Source of the DNA: a virus
Virus record (IMG/VR): IMGVR_UViG_3300045988_146228
DNA length: 42,632 nucleotides
Strand: one strand, 5' to 3'
Below are positions 8,674 through 16,911 of this stretch, one piece after another (position 1 is the first letter of the stretch; each line of letters starts with the position of its first letter). Position numbers and translations under genes: made by a program. A model generated the notes under the pieces. The model worked only from the letters and a program-made list of their open reading frames with translations. It was not told the origin of the DNA and searched no databases.

Positions 8674-9105
8674 ATGCCGTTGGAAACAGAAATCCAGAAA
8701 GAAAACGAAGAAAAGAAGGAATACCTGAGATCTTACCGAAGGGTAGTAAAAAGAGAAAAAGATATCCTTGACGAGATTCAGCGACTGAGGACAGACAAGA
8801 TGTTCCCATCCGTGGTCAATGACGGGATGCCACGCGGCAGCAGCCAGTCCGATCTGTCAGACTACATAGCTATTCTGGATGAGCAGATCGAGCTTCTGAA
8901 AACAGAACGGCTGGAAAAAGCCAGATGTTATCAGAAGATTGAGAGACAGATCAAACAGATGGAAAATGAGGATGAACAGGAAGTGCTGAGACTACGGTAT
9001 ATAACAGGCCTGAAATGGGAGGAAGTAGCTGTACGAATGAGCTATAGCTGGAAACATATACACAGAATTCATTCATCAGCTCTTTGCAATTTCAAGATGA
9101 CATAG
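8674..9105 (+). CDS. Sigma-70 region-4-like / ArpU-DUF1492-type putative late transcription regulator
   Basis: C-terminal EQEVLRLRYITGLKWEEVAVRMSYSWKHIHRIHSSAL (HTH, sigma r4-like); last gene before the packaging module; the start may instead be TTG 8680. Confidence 0.55.
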   Translation: MPLETEIQKENEEKKEYLRSYRRVVKREKDILDEIQRLRTDKMFPSVVNDGMPRGSSQSDLSDYIAILDEQIELLKTERLEKARCYQKIERQIKQMENEDEQEVLRLRYITGLKWEEVAVRMSYSWKHIHRIHSSALCNFKMT

Positions 9106-9206
9106 AATGACACACTTTATATGTGATATCATTACAATGGGTTTCAGAAAAAGCAGATGGAATCCTCCTTTCAAGAATTTAGCTGCCAACCCACGGGCAG
9201 CAGTAG

Positions 9207-9282
9207 TGGAACGCAGCTCAGTGGGATGTAGAGCAGCTGGTTTATATTCAGTATGTCGATGATTCGAACCCATCCGTTCCAA
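9207..9282 (+). tRNA. tRNA-like gene, anticodon UAU (Ile, AUA) by manual folding; non-canonical C8 and A53-C61
   Basis: Acceptor TGGAACG/CGTTCCA (7 bp), D arm GCTC/GAGC, anticodon arm GCTGG-TTTATAT-TCAGT, T arm GATGA-TTCGAAC-CCATC, 76 nt in total. Confidence 0.5.
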
Positions 9283-9386
9283 TTTCTCTGTTGTCAAGAA
9301 ACTCCTAACATCATACATTTTTACGAAACGTCCTGTAGAAATATGGGGCGTTTTAGCGTATAATAAAAATATATGAGGAGGATAGT

Positions 9387-9539
9387 ATGGACATTTTAAG
9401 TTTGATTGATAAATTTATTCAGTGGTGTGATGGAAATGTTGGCTTTTTAAATGTAATATTGTCATTGTGTACTTTAATATTAACAGTTACAATTGCAAAA
9501 TTACCGTATAAGAAAAAATTGTTGGATCACTGGAAATAA
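9387..9539 (+). CDS. Small single-TM protein (50 aa) in the AT-rich moron
   Basis: GAGGAGG RBS then ATG 9387; ...FLNVILSLCTLILTVTIAKLPYKKK. Confidence 0.5.
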   Translation: MDILSLIDKFIQWCDGNVGFLNVILSLCTLILTVTIAKLPYKKKLLDHWK

Positions 9540-9610
9540 TACCGGAAAAAACACAGTATGAGCCATTTTTTAAATGCTTTATAAGAGTTTACTTAACTAA
9601 TGTAGGACGA

Positions 9611-9859
9611 GTGCCAATTTATATAAAGCGAATAGAAATAATAGACTGGAAGGGAAAAAGTCTTGGGTCATGTCTTATGAATTTGAGACATAATCAATGT
9701 GCGGAACTTTCCGCTGGCCAAAATTATTCGTGTGAGGGAATGTTTGTTGATTCAGTATTTATAAAACATGTCATTGATTTGAATGGATATGTAAAAATAA
9801 AAGTGACAGATATAAGTGGAAAGAAGTATTATATTTCAAGGACTTTTCCAGTGGGTTAA
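9611..9859 (+). CDS. Hypothetical protein (82 aa) in the AT-rich moron
   Basis: GTG start after AGGA; AT-rich relative to flanks; followed by a hairpin with T-run. Confidence 0.45.
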   Translation: MPIYIKRIEIIDWKGKSLGSCLMNLRHNQCAELSAGQNYSCEGMFVDSVFIKHVIDLNGYVKIKVTDISGKKYYISRTFPVG

Positions 9860-9900
9860 TGATGGAACCTTTTGAAAAAAGTAAAAAAATAAATGCAATA

Positions 9901-9930
9901 AAAAAAGTAGCTTAAGGGCTGCTTTTTTTA
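9901..9930. terminator. Terminator-like hairpin flanked by an A-run and a T-run
   Basis: AAAAAAGTAGCTTAAGGGCTGCTTTTTTT. Confidence 0.45.
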
Positions 9931-9969
9931 TATTTCAAAAAAAACGAAACGAATGAGAGGTGGTGAGGC

Positions 9970-10743
9970 TTGCCAAGAGCACCAGATCAGAGAGTTGAAG
10001 AAGCCAGAAAACTATATGCTTCTGGAGCGAAATTAATTGAAGTTTCTCAAAAGCTTGGAATCCCGGTAGGGACGATCCGAAGCTGGAAAAATAGATATAA
10101 ATGGGATAATGCAACGTTGCAAAAGAATAAACGCAACGTTGCGAAAAAGAAGGGCGGACAGCCTGGAAATAAAAATGCGGAGGGGCATGGAGGAACTGGC
10201 CCGCCGGGAAATAAGAATGCAGTCAGGACAGGAGAGTTTGAAACTCTCTTTTTTGATACCCTGGAACCAGAAGAAAGAACATTGGCAGAGATGATCCAGC
10301 CGAACAAAGAGCAACTGCTTCTCAGAGAAATCCAGCTTCTTGCAGTCAGGGAACGCCGGATGCTGAAAAGAATCCAGTCTCTCCGTGAACTGGAAGCACA
10401 GACAGGATCTGAAGAAGATTCGGCACCATGCGGAATGTCTGTAACAGAATATACTTCTGGTCTCGAAAAAGGAAAACTAACAGAACTTCGAAAGTATGAA
10501 GGCATCCTTGGCCAGATCCAGGCCATAGAGGATGCTCTGACCAGAGTGCAGGCCCGGCAGCAGAAAGCAATCGAGATGCTGCATAAGTTTGGTTATGACG
10601 ATGCAAAACTGGAACTAGCAACCATGCAGCTTGAATTCGAGATGCTGAAGCAGGATAACCAGGCAGAAGAGACCACAGATGATGGCTTCCTGGAAGCTAT
10701 GAATGCAACAGCACAGAATGTCTGGGGTGATGAGGATGTATGA
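9970..10743 (+). CDS. terS: Terminase small subunit
   Basis: N-terminal HTH (LIEVSQKLGIPVGTIRSWKNRYKWD), GNKNA repeats, directly upstream of TerL. Confidence 0.8.
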   Translation: MPRAPDQRVEEARKLYASGAKLIEVSQKLGIPVGTIRSWKNRYKWDNATLQKNKRNVAKKKGGQPGNKNAEGHGGTGPPGNKNAVRTGEFETLFFDTLEPEERTLAEMIQPNKEQLLLREIQLLAVRERRMLKRIQSLRELEAQTGSEEDSAPCGMSVTEYTSGLEKGKLTELRKYEGILGQIQAIEDALTRVQARQQKAIEMLHKFGYDDAKLELATMQLEFEMLKQDNQAEETTDDGFLEAMNATAQNVWGDEDV

Positions 10744-12151
10744 AAAACTCAAAACCCTGAAAGATAAGCTGCAGAAAATGAAATCCAACAGAGCCAATAG
10801 ACAGACAGGCCAGACGTTTCATTTTTCTCCGTTCTCAAGAAAACAGAAGCAGGTCCTGACCTGGTGGTGCAAAGAATCCCCGGTTCACGATATGGACGGA
10901 GTTATCGCTGATGGAGCAATCCGATCAGGAAAAACAATCAGCATGTCCTTATCGTTCGTTATGTGGGCCATGAGCACCTTCACTGGTCAAAACTTTGCTA
11001 TGTGCGGAAAGACCATAGGATCCTTCCGGCGAAATGTTCTGTTCTGGCTGAAGCTGATGCTTCGGTCAAGAGGATATTCCATCACGGATCACAGGGCAGA
11101 TAACCTTCTGACCATCCGAAAAGACGGAAAAGAAAATTATTTCTACATCTTCGGTGGCAAGGATGAAAGATCTCAGGATCTTATCCAGGGAATCACCCTG
11201 GCGGGCGTGTTTTTTGACGAAGTTGCCCTGATGCCGGAATCTTTTGTGAACCAGGCAACAGGCCGATGCTCTGTAAAAGGTTCAAAATTTTGGTTTAACT
11301 GCAACCCGGATGGCCCGTATCACTGGTTTAAACAGAACTGGATAGATAAATCCACCGGATATCTGGGAAAAGAAGAAACTGCCCGGAGGATGCAGCAAGC
11401 GGCCGCGGAGGGGAAAGATCCTGGTCTGAAAGATATTCTGTATCTCCACTTTACTATGGACGATAACCTGTCCCTGGATGAAGAGATCAAGGCCAGATAC
11501 AGGAGCATGTACGTTGGAGTATTCTTTAAACGTTACATCATGGGACTGTGGGCGGCAGCAGAGGGAATCATCTACGACATGTTCGATGAGAACAAACATG
11601 TCCAGGATATCAAAGATTTCTATCAGTTGCTGATCAACGGGAACAGGTATGTTTCCTGTGACTATGGTACACAGAACGCCACAGTATTCCTTCTGTGGAA
11701 TAAAGGAACCAACGGGAAATGGTACTGCATCCGGGAGTATTACTATTCCGGAAGAGACAAAGGTAAACAGAAAACAGATTCCGAATATGCAGACGACCTG
11801 AAAGAGTGGCTGGATGGGACCAAGATCAAAGCAATCATCGTGGATCCATCGGCCGCTTCTTTTATTGCAGAACTCCGGAAACGAGGATATAAGGTTCTGA
11901 AAGCCAACAATGACGTTTTGGATGGAATCCGGCTGGTTGGAATGCTTCTGAACCTGGAGAAGATCGTCTTTGCTTCTTCCTGTAAAGAAACCATAAAAGA
12001 GTTTGCTTCTTACATCTGGGATGAGAAAGCCCTGGAAAGAGGAGAAGACAAACCGGTGAAACAATTCGATCATTGTTGTGACGCTGTGAGGTACCTATGC
12101 AGCACCATAATCGGCAGAAAAGCAGCACGTTTCCGAGAGATAAGGAGGTGA
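10736..12151 (+). CDS. terL: Terminase large subunit (PBSX-like)
   Basis: Walker A DGAIRSGKT, Walker B GVFFDE, C-terminal nuclease region; start 10730/10736 overlaps the terS stop. Confidence 0.9.
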   Translation: MYEKLKTLKDKLQKMKSNRANRQTGQTFHFSPFSRKQKQVLTWWCKESPVHDMDGVIADGAIRSGKTISMSLSFVMWAMSTFTGQNFAMCGKTIGSFRRNVLFWLKLMLRSRGYSITDHRADNLLTIRKDGKENYFYIFGGKDERSQDLIQGITLAGVFFDEVALMPESFVNQATGRCSVKGSKFWFNCNPDGPYHWFKQNWIDKSTGYLGKEETARRMQQAAAEGKDPGLKDILYLHFTMDDNLSLDEEIKARYRSMYVGVFFKRYIMGLWAAAEGIIYDMFDENKHVQDIKDFYQLLINGNRYVSCDYGTQNATVFLLWNKGTNGKWYCIREYYYSGRDKGKQKTDSEYADDLKEWLDGTKIKAIIVDPSAASFIAELRKRGYKVLKANNDVLDGIRLVGMLLNLEKIVFASSCKETIKEFASYIWDEKALERGEDKPVKQFDHCCDAVRYLCSTIIGRKAARFREIRR

Positions 12152-13563
12152 GAAAAATATACACATTTACAATACCGAGAGAAAGTTTTGATGAGTTAAA
12201 TCCGGATAAGCAGGCGATCCGCCAGCTGATCAGCAAACACATCAGCATGGTGGACCGGCTGAAGAAGAATATGTCCTACTACGAAGGAAAGCACAAGATC
12301 CTGGATGAGACCAAACGGGAAAACCGTCTTGTGTGCAATCATGCAAAAGACATCTCTGATACAGCCAGTAGCTATTTTATCGGCAACCCAGTGACTTATA
12401 AATCCGAAGGAGACATCAAGCTCCTAACAGATGCGCTGGAACTGGCCGGAGCAGATGAGACAGACGGAGACAACGGTCTGGAGGCATCCATCTACGGCCT
12501 GGCTTACGAATATGTCTATGTGAAGGAAAACGAGAACAACCTGCAGACCAAGAACCTGTCTGCGGAGAATACATTCATGGTAAAAGACGACAGCATAGAG
12601 GAAAACGAACTCTTTGCTGTCTATTATTATATCCGGAAAGATGATTCCGGGAAGCTTCCGGACCACTATATAGCCACAGTAGTGACCACAAACTATAAGT
12701 ACGAGCTGGACATTGAGAACAGCAATACGATCCAGGCAACCACAGAGCCGGCGGTGCCCCATTATCTTGGTGAGATCCCGATCATCGAATACCTGAACAA
12801 TAAACTGGCCATTGGAGATTTTGAACTGCAGATCCCACTGATCGATGCATACAATGCGCTGATGAGCGATCGTGTGACCGATAAGGAGCAGTTTATTGAT
12901 GCAATCCTGGCTATCTATGGAACATTGCTGACCGATGAGGACGAACCGAACACTGAGGATGAAGACGAGAGCATCCGAAAGGCCAAAGCCCGTCTTAAAA
13001 AGTACAAGGTTCTTGAGATGCCGGACACAGCCAAAGCAGAGTATCTGACCAGGACTTTTGATGAAAACGGTGTGGAGATCCTTAAGAAAGCCATTGAGCA
13101 GGATATCCATAAGTTTTCCCATATTCCCTGTATGTCAGATGAAAGCTTCGGAGGGAACGTCAGTGGTGTGGCTATGGAATTTAAGCTCCTGGGCATGGAA
13201 AATATCACAAAGATCAAGACCAGATATTATAAAAAAGGTCTGAGAAAAAGAGTTCGGATATTCTGTAACTATCTGGCTTTGCATGGGATCAGCATCGATC
13301 CATCCGGGATCACGATGACGTTCACCAGAGCGTTGCCGAAAAATCTCCTGGAGATATCCCAGATTGTGGCAAATCTGTGGGGAAAGGTAAGCCGTAAGAC
13401 CTTGCTTTCCCAGGTCCCGTTTGTGGATGATGTGGATGAGGAACTGAAAGCCCTGGAAACAGAGGAAGAAGAGAATCTGAAGCGGCAGCAGGAGGTCTTT
13501 GGACTACAGGACAATACGCCACCGGAGCAGGATTCCGATGATAAGGAAAAAGTAGATGAGTAG
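12097..13563 (+). CDS. Portal protein (SPP1 gp6-like)
   Basis: YYEGKHKI...NHAKDISDTASSYFIGNPVTY signature, acidic C-terminus, position after TerL; start uncertain. Confidence 0.85.
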   Translation: MQHHNRQKSSTFPRDKEVRKIYTFTIPRESFDELNPDKQAIRQLISKHISMVDRLKKNMSYYEGKHKILDETKRENRLVCNHAKDISDTASSYFIGNPVTYKSEGDIKLLTDALELAGADETDGDNGLEASIYGLAYEYVYVKENENNLQTKNLSAENTFMVKDDSIEENELFAVYYYIRKDDSGKLPDHYIATVVTTNYKYELDIENSNTIQATTEPAVPHYLGEIPIIEYLNNKLAIGDFELQIPLIDAYNALMSDRVTDKEQFIDAILAIYGTLLTDEDEPNTEDEDESIRKAKARLKKYKVLEMPDTAKAEYLTRTFDENGVEILKKAIEQDIHKFSHIPCMSDESFGGNVSGVAMEFKLLGMENITKIKTRYYKKGLRKRVRIFCNYLALHGISIDPSGITMTFTRALPKNLLEISQIVANLWGKVSRKTLLSQVPFVDDVDEELKALETEEEENLKRQQEVFGLQDNTPPEQDSDDKEKVDE

Positions 13564-14641
13564 GAAATACTGGGAGCAGAGATCTGCCTGGGATATGTAT
13601 CAGTTTATGGAGGATGCAGAAGAGACAGCAGATCTCATTGCCAGAGTATACCGGAAAGCCTCTCTCCAGCTGGAATATGCCGCAAGAGATATCTTTGAGA
13701 AGTTCATGACAAAATATGGTCTGTCAGAAACAGAAGCCTGGCAGATCATAAATTCCATCCAGGATAAAAACTCCATTGATCAGCTGAAACAGGAACTCCA
13801 GAACAGGAAAAGGGACAGTGAGATCCTGAAACAGTTGGAAGCTCCGGCGTACCGTGCAAGACTGGAACGCTTGCAGGAGCTTATGACACAGATAGATGCA
13901 GTGATGCAGCAGGTGTATCAGCAGGAGAAACAGTTCGATACCAAACTTCTGGAGCAGCTTGGAGAAAAAGCGTATTATCATTCCATCTACAATATGCAGA
14001 AAGAAACTGGCCTGGCATTCAGTTTTTCTCATGTAAGCAGGAAGCAGATCGACCAGGCTCTGCAGATGAAATGGTCCGGAAAACATTTTTCAGACCGTAT
14101 CTGGCAGAACACACAGCAGCTTGTAGATTCCTTGAAGGATGAATTGCTGATCAGCCTCCTTACCGGCCGGACAGACCGGGAAACAGCGGAATCCATCCGG
14201 GCCCAGTGCGGAGGTGGAGCAAAGCAGGCCAGGCGATTGGTAAGAACAGAATCCTGTTACATGGCAGGAGAATTGACTGCACAGAGTTATATTGACTGCG
14301 GGATCAAGAATTATCGCTATGTGGCTGTGTTGGATCTTCGTACCAGTAAGATCTGCCGAGAGTTGGATGGAAAGGTTTTTCCAGTGAAAGACCGGAAAGC
14401 CGGAGTGAACTATCCGCCCATGCATCCATATTGCCGTTCTACAACGATTTCTGTCATAGATGATAAAATCCTCAGAAACATGAAAAGAAGCGCCTACAAC
14501 CCGGAAACAGGGCGTACAGAGATGGTTCCTGCGGATATGACCTACGAACAGTGGTATGAGAAATACGTCAAAGGAAATCCAAAAGCAGAAGCCCAGGAAA
14601 AAAGCAGTCAAGAACGCTGCATCAGACAGGAAACAGTATGA
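13556..14641 (+). CDS. Head morphogenesis protein, MuF / SPP1 gp7 family
   Basis: C-terminal PPMHPYCRSTT motif, position after the portal gene. Confidence 0.85.
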   Translation: MSRKYWEQRSAWDMYQFMEDAEETADLIARVYRKASLQLEYAARDIFEKFMTKYGLSETEAWQIINSIQDKNSIDQLKQELQNRKRDSEILKQLEAPAYRARLERLQELMTQIDAVMQQVYQQEKQFDTKLLEQLGEKAYYHSIYNMQKETGLAFSFSHVSRKQIDQALQMKWSGKHFSDRIWQNTQQLVDSLKDELLISLLTGRTDRETAESIRAQCGGGAKQARRLVRTESCYMAGELTAQSYIDCGIKNYRYVAVLDLRTSKICRELDGKVFPVKDRKAGVNYPPMHPYCRSTTISVIDDKILRNMKRSAYNPETGRTEMVPADMTYEQWYEKYVKGNPKAEAQEKSSQERCIRQETV

Positions 14642-15149
14642 TCAGTATCGGGAACTACTTAAAAAAGACATGCCAAAATATTTTGCAGACTTCCAGGAAA
14701 TGAAGTATAATGATCCTGAGAAGTGGGAATTGCTCAGGACTTATGCTCGTTCGGTGAAGAACGGAATGATATCTCCACTGTCCGGTTTTAAGAATTATCA
14801 GAAGATCTATGATGAAATCAATGAAAAAGTTGTTGGAGTCAAAACTTCTGAGGGAACCGAAGTAACCAGACAGAGCAAACACTTCATGGAGAGAGTGATC
14901 GGAACCATGAAAGATCCTAAAACTGGACGACCACGATCGGGAGTATCGGTGGAAGGAATAAAGGATGCGCTGGAGAAACCGGCGAAGGTATTTCCTGTGA
15001 GAACGGATCCTGGTGGAGAAAAAAGTCAGAAATATATGGGCAGAAACGGAACAGTTTCAGTAGATCCAGATACGGGAGTTCTGATTCAATGTAATCCAAC
15101 AGATTCAGATTATGTGAGGAGAATAAGAAATGGAAATGCGAAGATTTGA
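14556..15149 (+). CDS. Toxin-like C-terminal extension of MuF, in the +1 frame relative to 13556..14641
   Basis: No RBS before 14556. The frame is open from before the MuF stop. ...QYDQYRELLKKDMPKYFADFQEMKYNDPEKWELL... is the linker typical of long MuF proteins. It is followed by ...SKHFMERVIG...GRNGTVSVDPDTGVLIQCNP. Confidence 0.55.
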   Translation: MRNTSKEIQKQKPRKKAVKNAASDRKQYDQYRELLKKDMPKYFADFQEMKYNDPEKWELLRTYARSVKNGMISPLSGFKNYQKIYDEINEKVVGVKTSEGTEVTRQSKHFMERVIGTMKDPKTGRPRSGVSVEGIKDALEKPAKVFPVRTDPGGEKSQKYMGRNGTVSVDPDTGVLIQCNPTDSDYVRRIRNGNAKI

Positions 15150-15387
15150 ACTGACGAATGAACAAATTGAATTTCTTAAAGAAATGTATCCTGACAATGA
15201 ACTTGTTCAGAGAGTACTGAGTCATGAAAACAATGGAGTATTTGAAGTAGATGTGGATACCAAAATTGATTTTATGGAGTACATGGAAGATGAGTCGGTA
15301 TATTGGATGAATCCACATCATGAGCCATCAGCAAAAACATATATGCTCGAATCAATAAGGGATGATATTTATTATCAGACCAACTGA
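15130..15387 (+). CDS. Small acidic protein, candidate immunity partner of the MuF-associated toxin domain
   Basis: GAGGAG RBS; overlaps the end of the toxin-like ORF; 85 aa, acidic; followed by a strong terminator. Confidence 0.5.
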   Translation: MEMRRFELTNEQIEFLKEMYPDNELVQRVLSHENNGVFEVDVDTKIDFMEYMEDESVYWMNPHHEPSAKTYMLESIRDDIYYQTN

Positions 15388-15425
15388 TACCACCAGTCAG
15401 AAATGGCCGGTGGTATTTTTATAAT
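15388..15425 (+). terminator. Rho-independent terminator
   Basis: TACCACC...GGTGGTA stem followed by TTTTTATAATTTTTT. Confidence 0.75.
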
Positions 15426-15431
15426 TTTTTC

Positions 15432-15460
15432 TTGACTTTTTGTGGCTCAAAAAATATAAT
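15432..15460 (+). promoter_or_regulatory. Consensus sigma-70-type promoter (TTGACT-17 nt-TATAAT)
   Basis: TTGACT 15432-15437, 17-nt spacer, TATAAT 15455-15460, about 30 nt upstream of the RHH gene. Confidence 0.7.
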
Positions 15461-15491
15461 ATATTTGTGCTACAAAAAGTGAGGTGAAGAA

Positions 15492-15677
15492 ATGAGTCCA
15501 CGCACAGGAAGGCCAACTTCTAAGAATCCTAAAAACGTAGAGATTAAAGCTCGTATTAATGAAGAAACGGCACGTAGATTATTAGCATATTGCGAAAAAC
15601 TAGGAAAAACACGTACAGAAGTAATACGAGAGGGAATTGAACGGATTTTACAAGATGAGGCAGAAGAAAAGAAATAA
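15492..15677 (+). CDS. Ribbon-helix-helix (CopG/Arc-like) DNA-binding protein
   Basis: ...VEIKARINEETARRLLAYCEKLGKTRTEVIREGIERIL; own promoter and flanking hairpins. Confidence 0.65.
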   Translation: MSPRTGRPTSKNPKNVEIKARINEETARRLLAYCEKLGKTRTEVIREGIERILQDEAEEKK

Positions 15678-15713
15678 GAGCGTTACCGCCCTGAGAAAGT
15701 GATAAACGCTCTT
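15676..15713 (+). terminator. Hairpin (9-bp stem AAGAGCGTT/AACGCTCTT), weak T tract
   Basis: Perfect 9-bp inverted repeat directly after the RHH stop. Confidence 0.4.
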
Positions 15714-15797
15714 ACCTTTGTGAGGAAAATCCTCTGAAAATATTATAGCATTCAAAGGTTTTTCTCGCAATCAAAAATTGAAAGTGAGGAAGGAAAA

Positions 15798-16526
15798 ATG
15801 CAAATACCAAATGTGCTAGAGGTAAAGGGGATCAGAGTTTTAACTACGAAACAGATTGCTGAATTATATGGAGCTGACTTGAATACGGTACGTCACAATT
15901 TTCGTTATAACAAAGATAAATATATTCTTGGAAAACATTATATTGAAGTGTATGGAGAAGAATTAAGGAGGTTAAAAACGAGTGGAGAATTTACCCCCTC
16001 CCTTAAATATGCGAAATCAGCATATCTCTGGACAGAAAAAGGGGCTCTGCTCCATGCAAAATCCCTTAATACAGACAAAGCATGGCAGGTATATGATTAC
16101 CTGGTAGACTTCTATTTCAGAGCCAAAGAGAAAGAACCAGAGCTTCCGCCAAAGAAAGAGATAGTCCCTACACAGACCAAAACAGAACCACTCAAAAAGA
16201 AAATTACAATTCCATGTATGGAAGAACCGGTATTTGTGTTCAAGAATCTGCTGGCATTAGCGGAAGAACAGGGGATTTCGTTGAAAGTAAAAGATACTTC
16301 AGGTTGCACAAGTATCTTGAAAGGGAATCGCATAGCCGTCAGAAAGCATCAGCTGTTTGAAAAAGTAGTATATGAAACAGCATATGAACTGGCACATTAT
16401 TTCATCCACTACAATCAAGGGGACTTGATAAACAATCCGTTGGCAAAAGATTATAATGATCAGGCAGAGCGGGCAGCTTTTATGATGATTCGGATGTTAG
16501 ATATTAAAGCAAAACAGAAATATTGA
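15798..16526 (+). CDS. ORF6N/KilA-N-type antirepressor-like protein with a degenerate ImmA/IrrE-like C-terminal region
   Basis: N-terminus VKGIRVLTTKQIAELYGADLNTVRHNFRYNKDKYILGKHY...LWTEKGALLHAKSL; C-terminus AYELAHYFIH (HExxH lacking the first His). Confidence 0.6.
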   Translation: MQIPNVLEVKGIRVLTTKQIAELYGADLNTVRHNFRYNKDKYILGKHYIEVYGEELRRLKTSGEFTPSLKYAKSAYLWTEKGALLHAKSLNTDKAWQVYDYLVDFYFRAKEKEPELPPKKEIVPTQTKTEPLKKKITIPCMEEPVFVFKNLLALAEEQGISLKVKDTSGCTSILKGNRIAVRKHQLFEKVVYETAYELAHYFIHYNQGDLINNPLAKDYNDQAERAAFMMIRMLDIKAKQKY

Positions 16527-16530
16527 TTTA

Positions 16531-16560
16531 AGAGAGAGCTTGGAAACAGGCTCTCTTTTA
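16531..16560 (+). terminator. Rho-independent terminator
   Basis: AGAGAGAGC...GCTCTCTTT stem plus TTTT. Confidence 0.6.
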
Positions 16561-16571
16561 ATATGCAAGAA

Positions 16572-16585
16572 TTGCGCCGGCGCAA
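16572..16585. repeat. Palindrome TTGCGCCGGCGCAA, copy 3 (intergenic, 19 nt upstream of ATG 16605)
   Basis: Exact 14-bp palindrome located between a terminator and an RBS. Confidence 0.9.
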
Positions 16586-16604
16586 CGGAGGGGAGGTGAA
16601 GAGA

Positions 16605-16769
16605 ATGAAAGTGAAATGCATCAAAAGATACAGCGACATCTGCTTAAAAGAAGTAGTTGAGAAGGGAACTGTTCTGGAAGTAACAGAAAACAGAGGGGCA
16701 CATCTGATCAGCGAGGGTGTTGCTGAGGCAGTGAGAGAAGCAAAGGCAGCGGCCAAAGGGAAGGAGTAG
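16605..16769 (+). CDS. Hypothetical small protein preceding the scaffold gene
   Basis: GGAGGGGAGGTG RBS then ATG 16605; MKVKCIKRYSDICLKEVVEKGTVLEV... Confidence 0.6.
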   Translation: MKVKCIKRYSDICLKEVVEKGTVLEVTENRGAHLISEGVAEAVREAKAAAKGKE

Positions 16770-16911
16770 GTGATCCAATTATCTCCCGATGAGACGCAGG
16801 GTGAAGCGTCTTATTTTTTATGCCTTTTTCCGCCAGGCGTTAAAGAAGCGGATTCCACAAACTGAATGGCCCGGGCGTGAGAACGAATAGGCTGGGCAGA
16901 AAGGAAAAGAT

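Noticed and set aside
9076-9318. A minus-strand 80-aa ORF
   Set aside because: It has no RBS. It overlaps the end of the sigma-like gene and the tRNA-like cloverleaf on the + strand.
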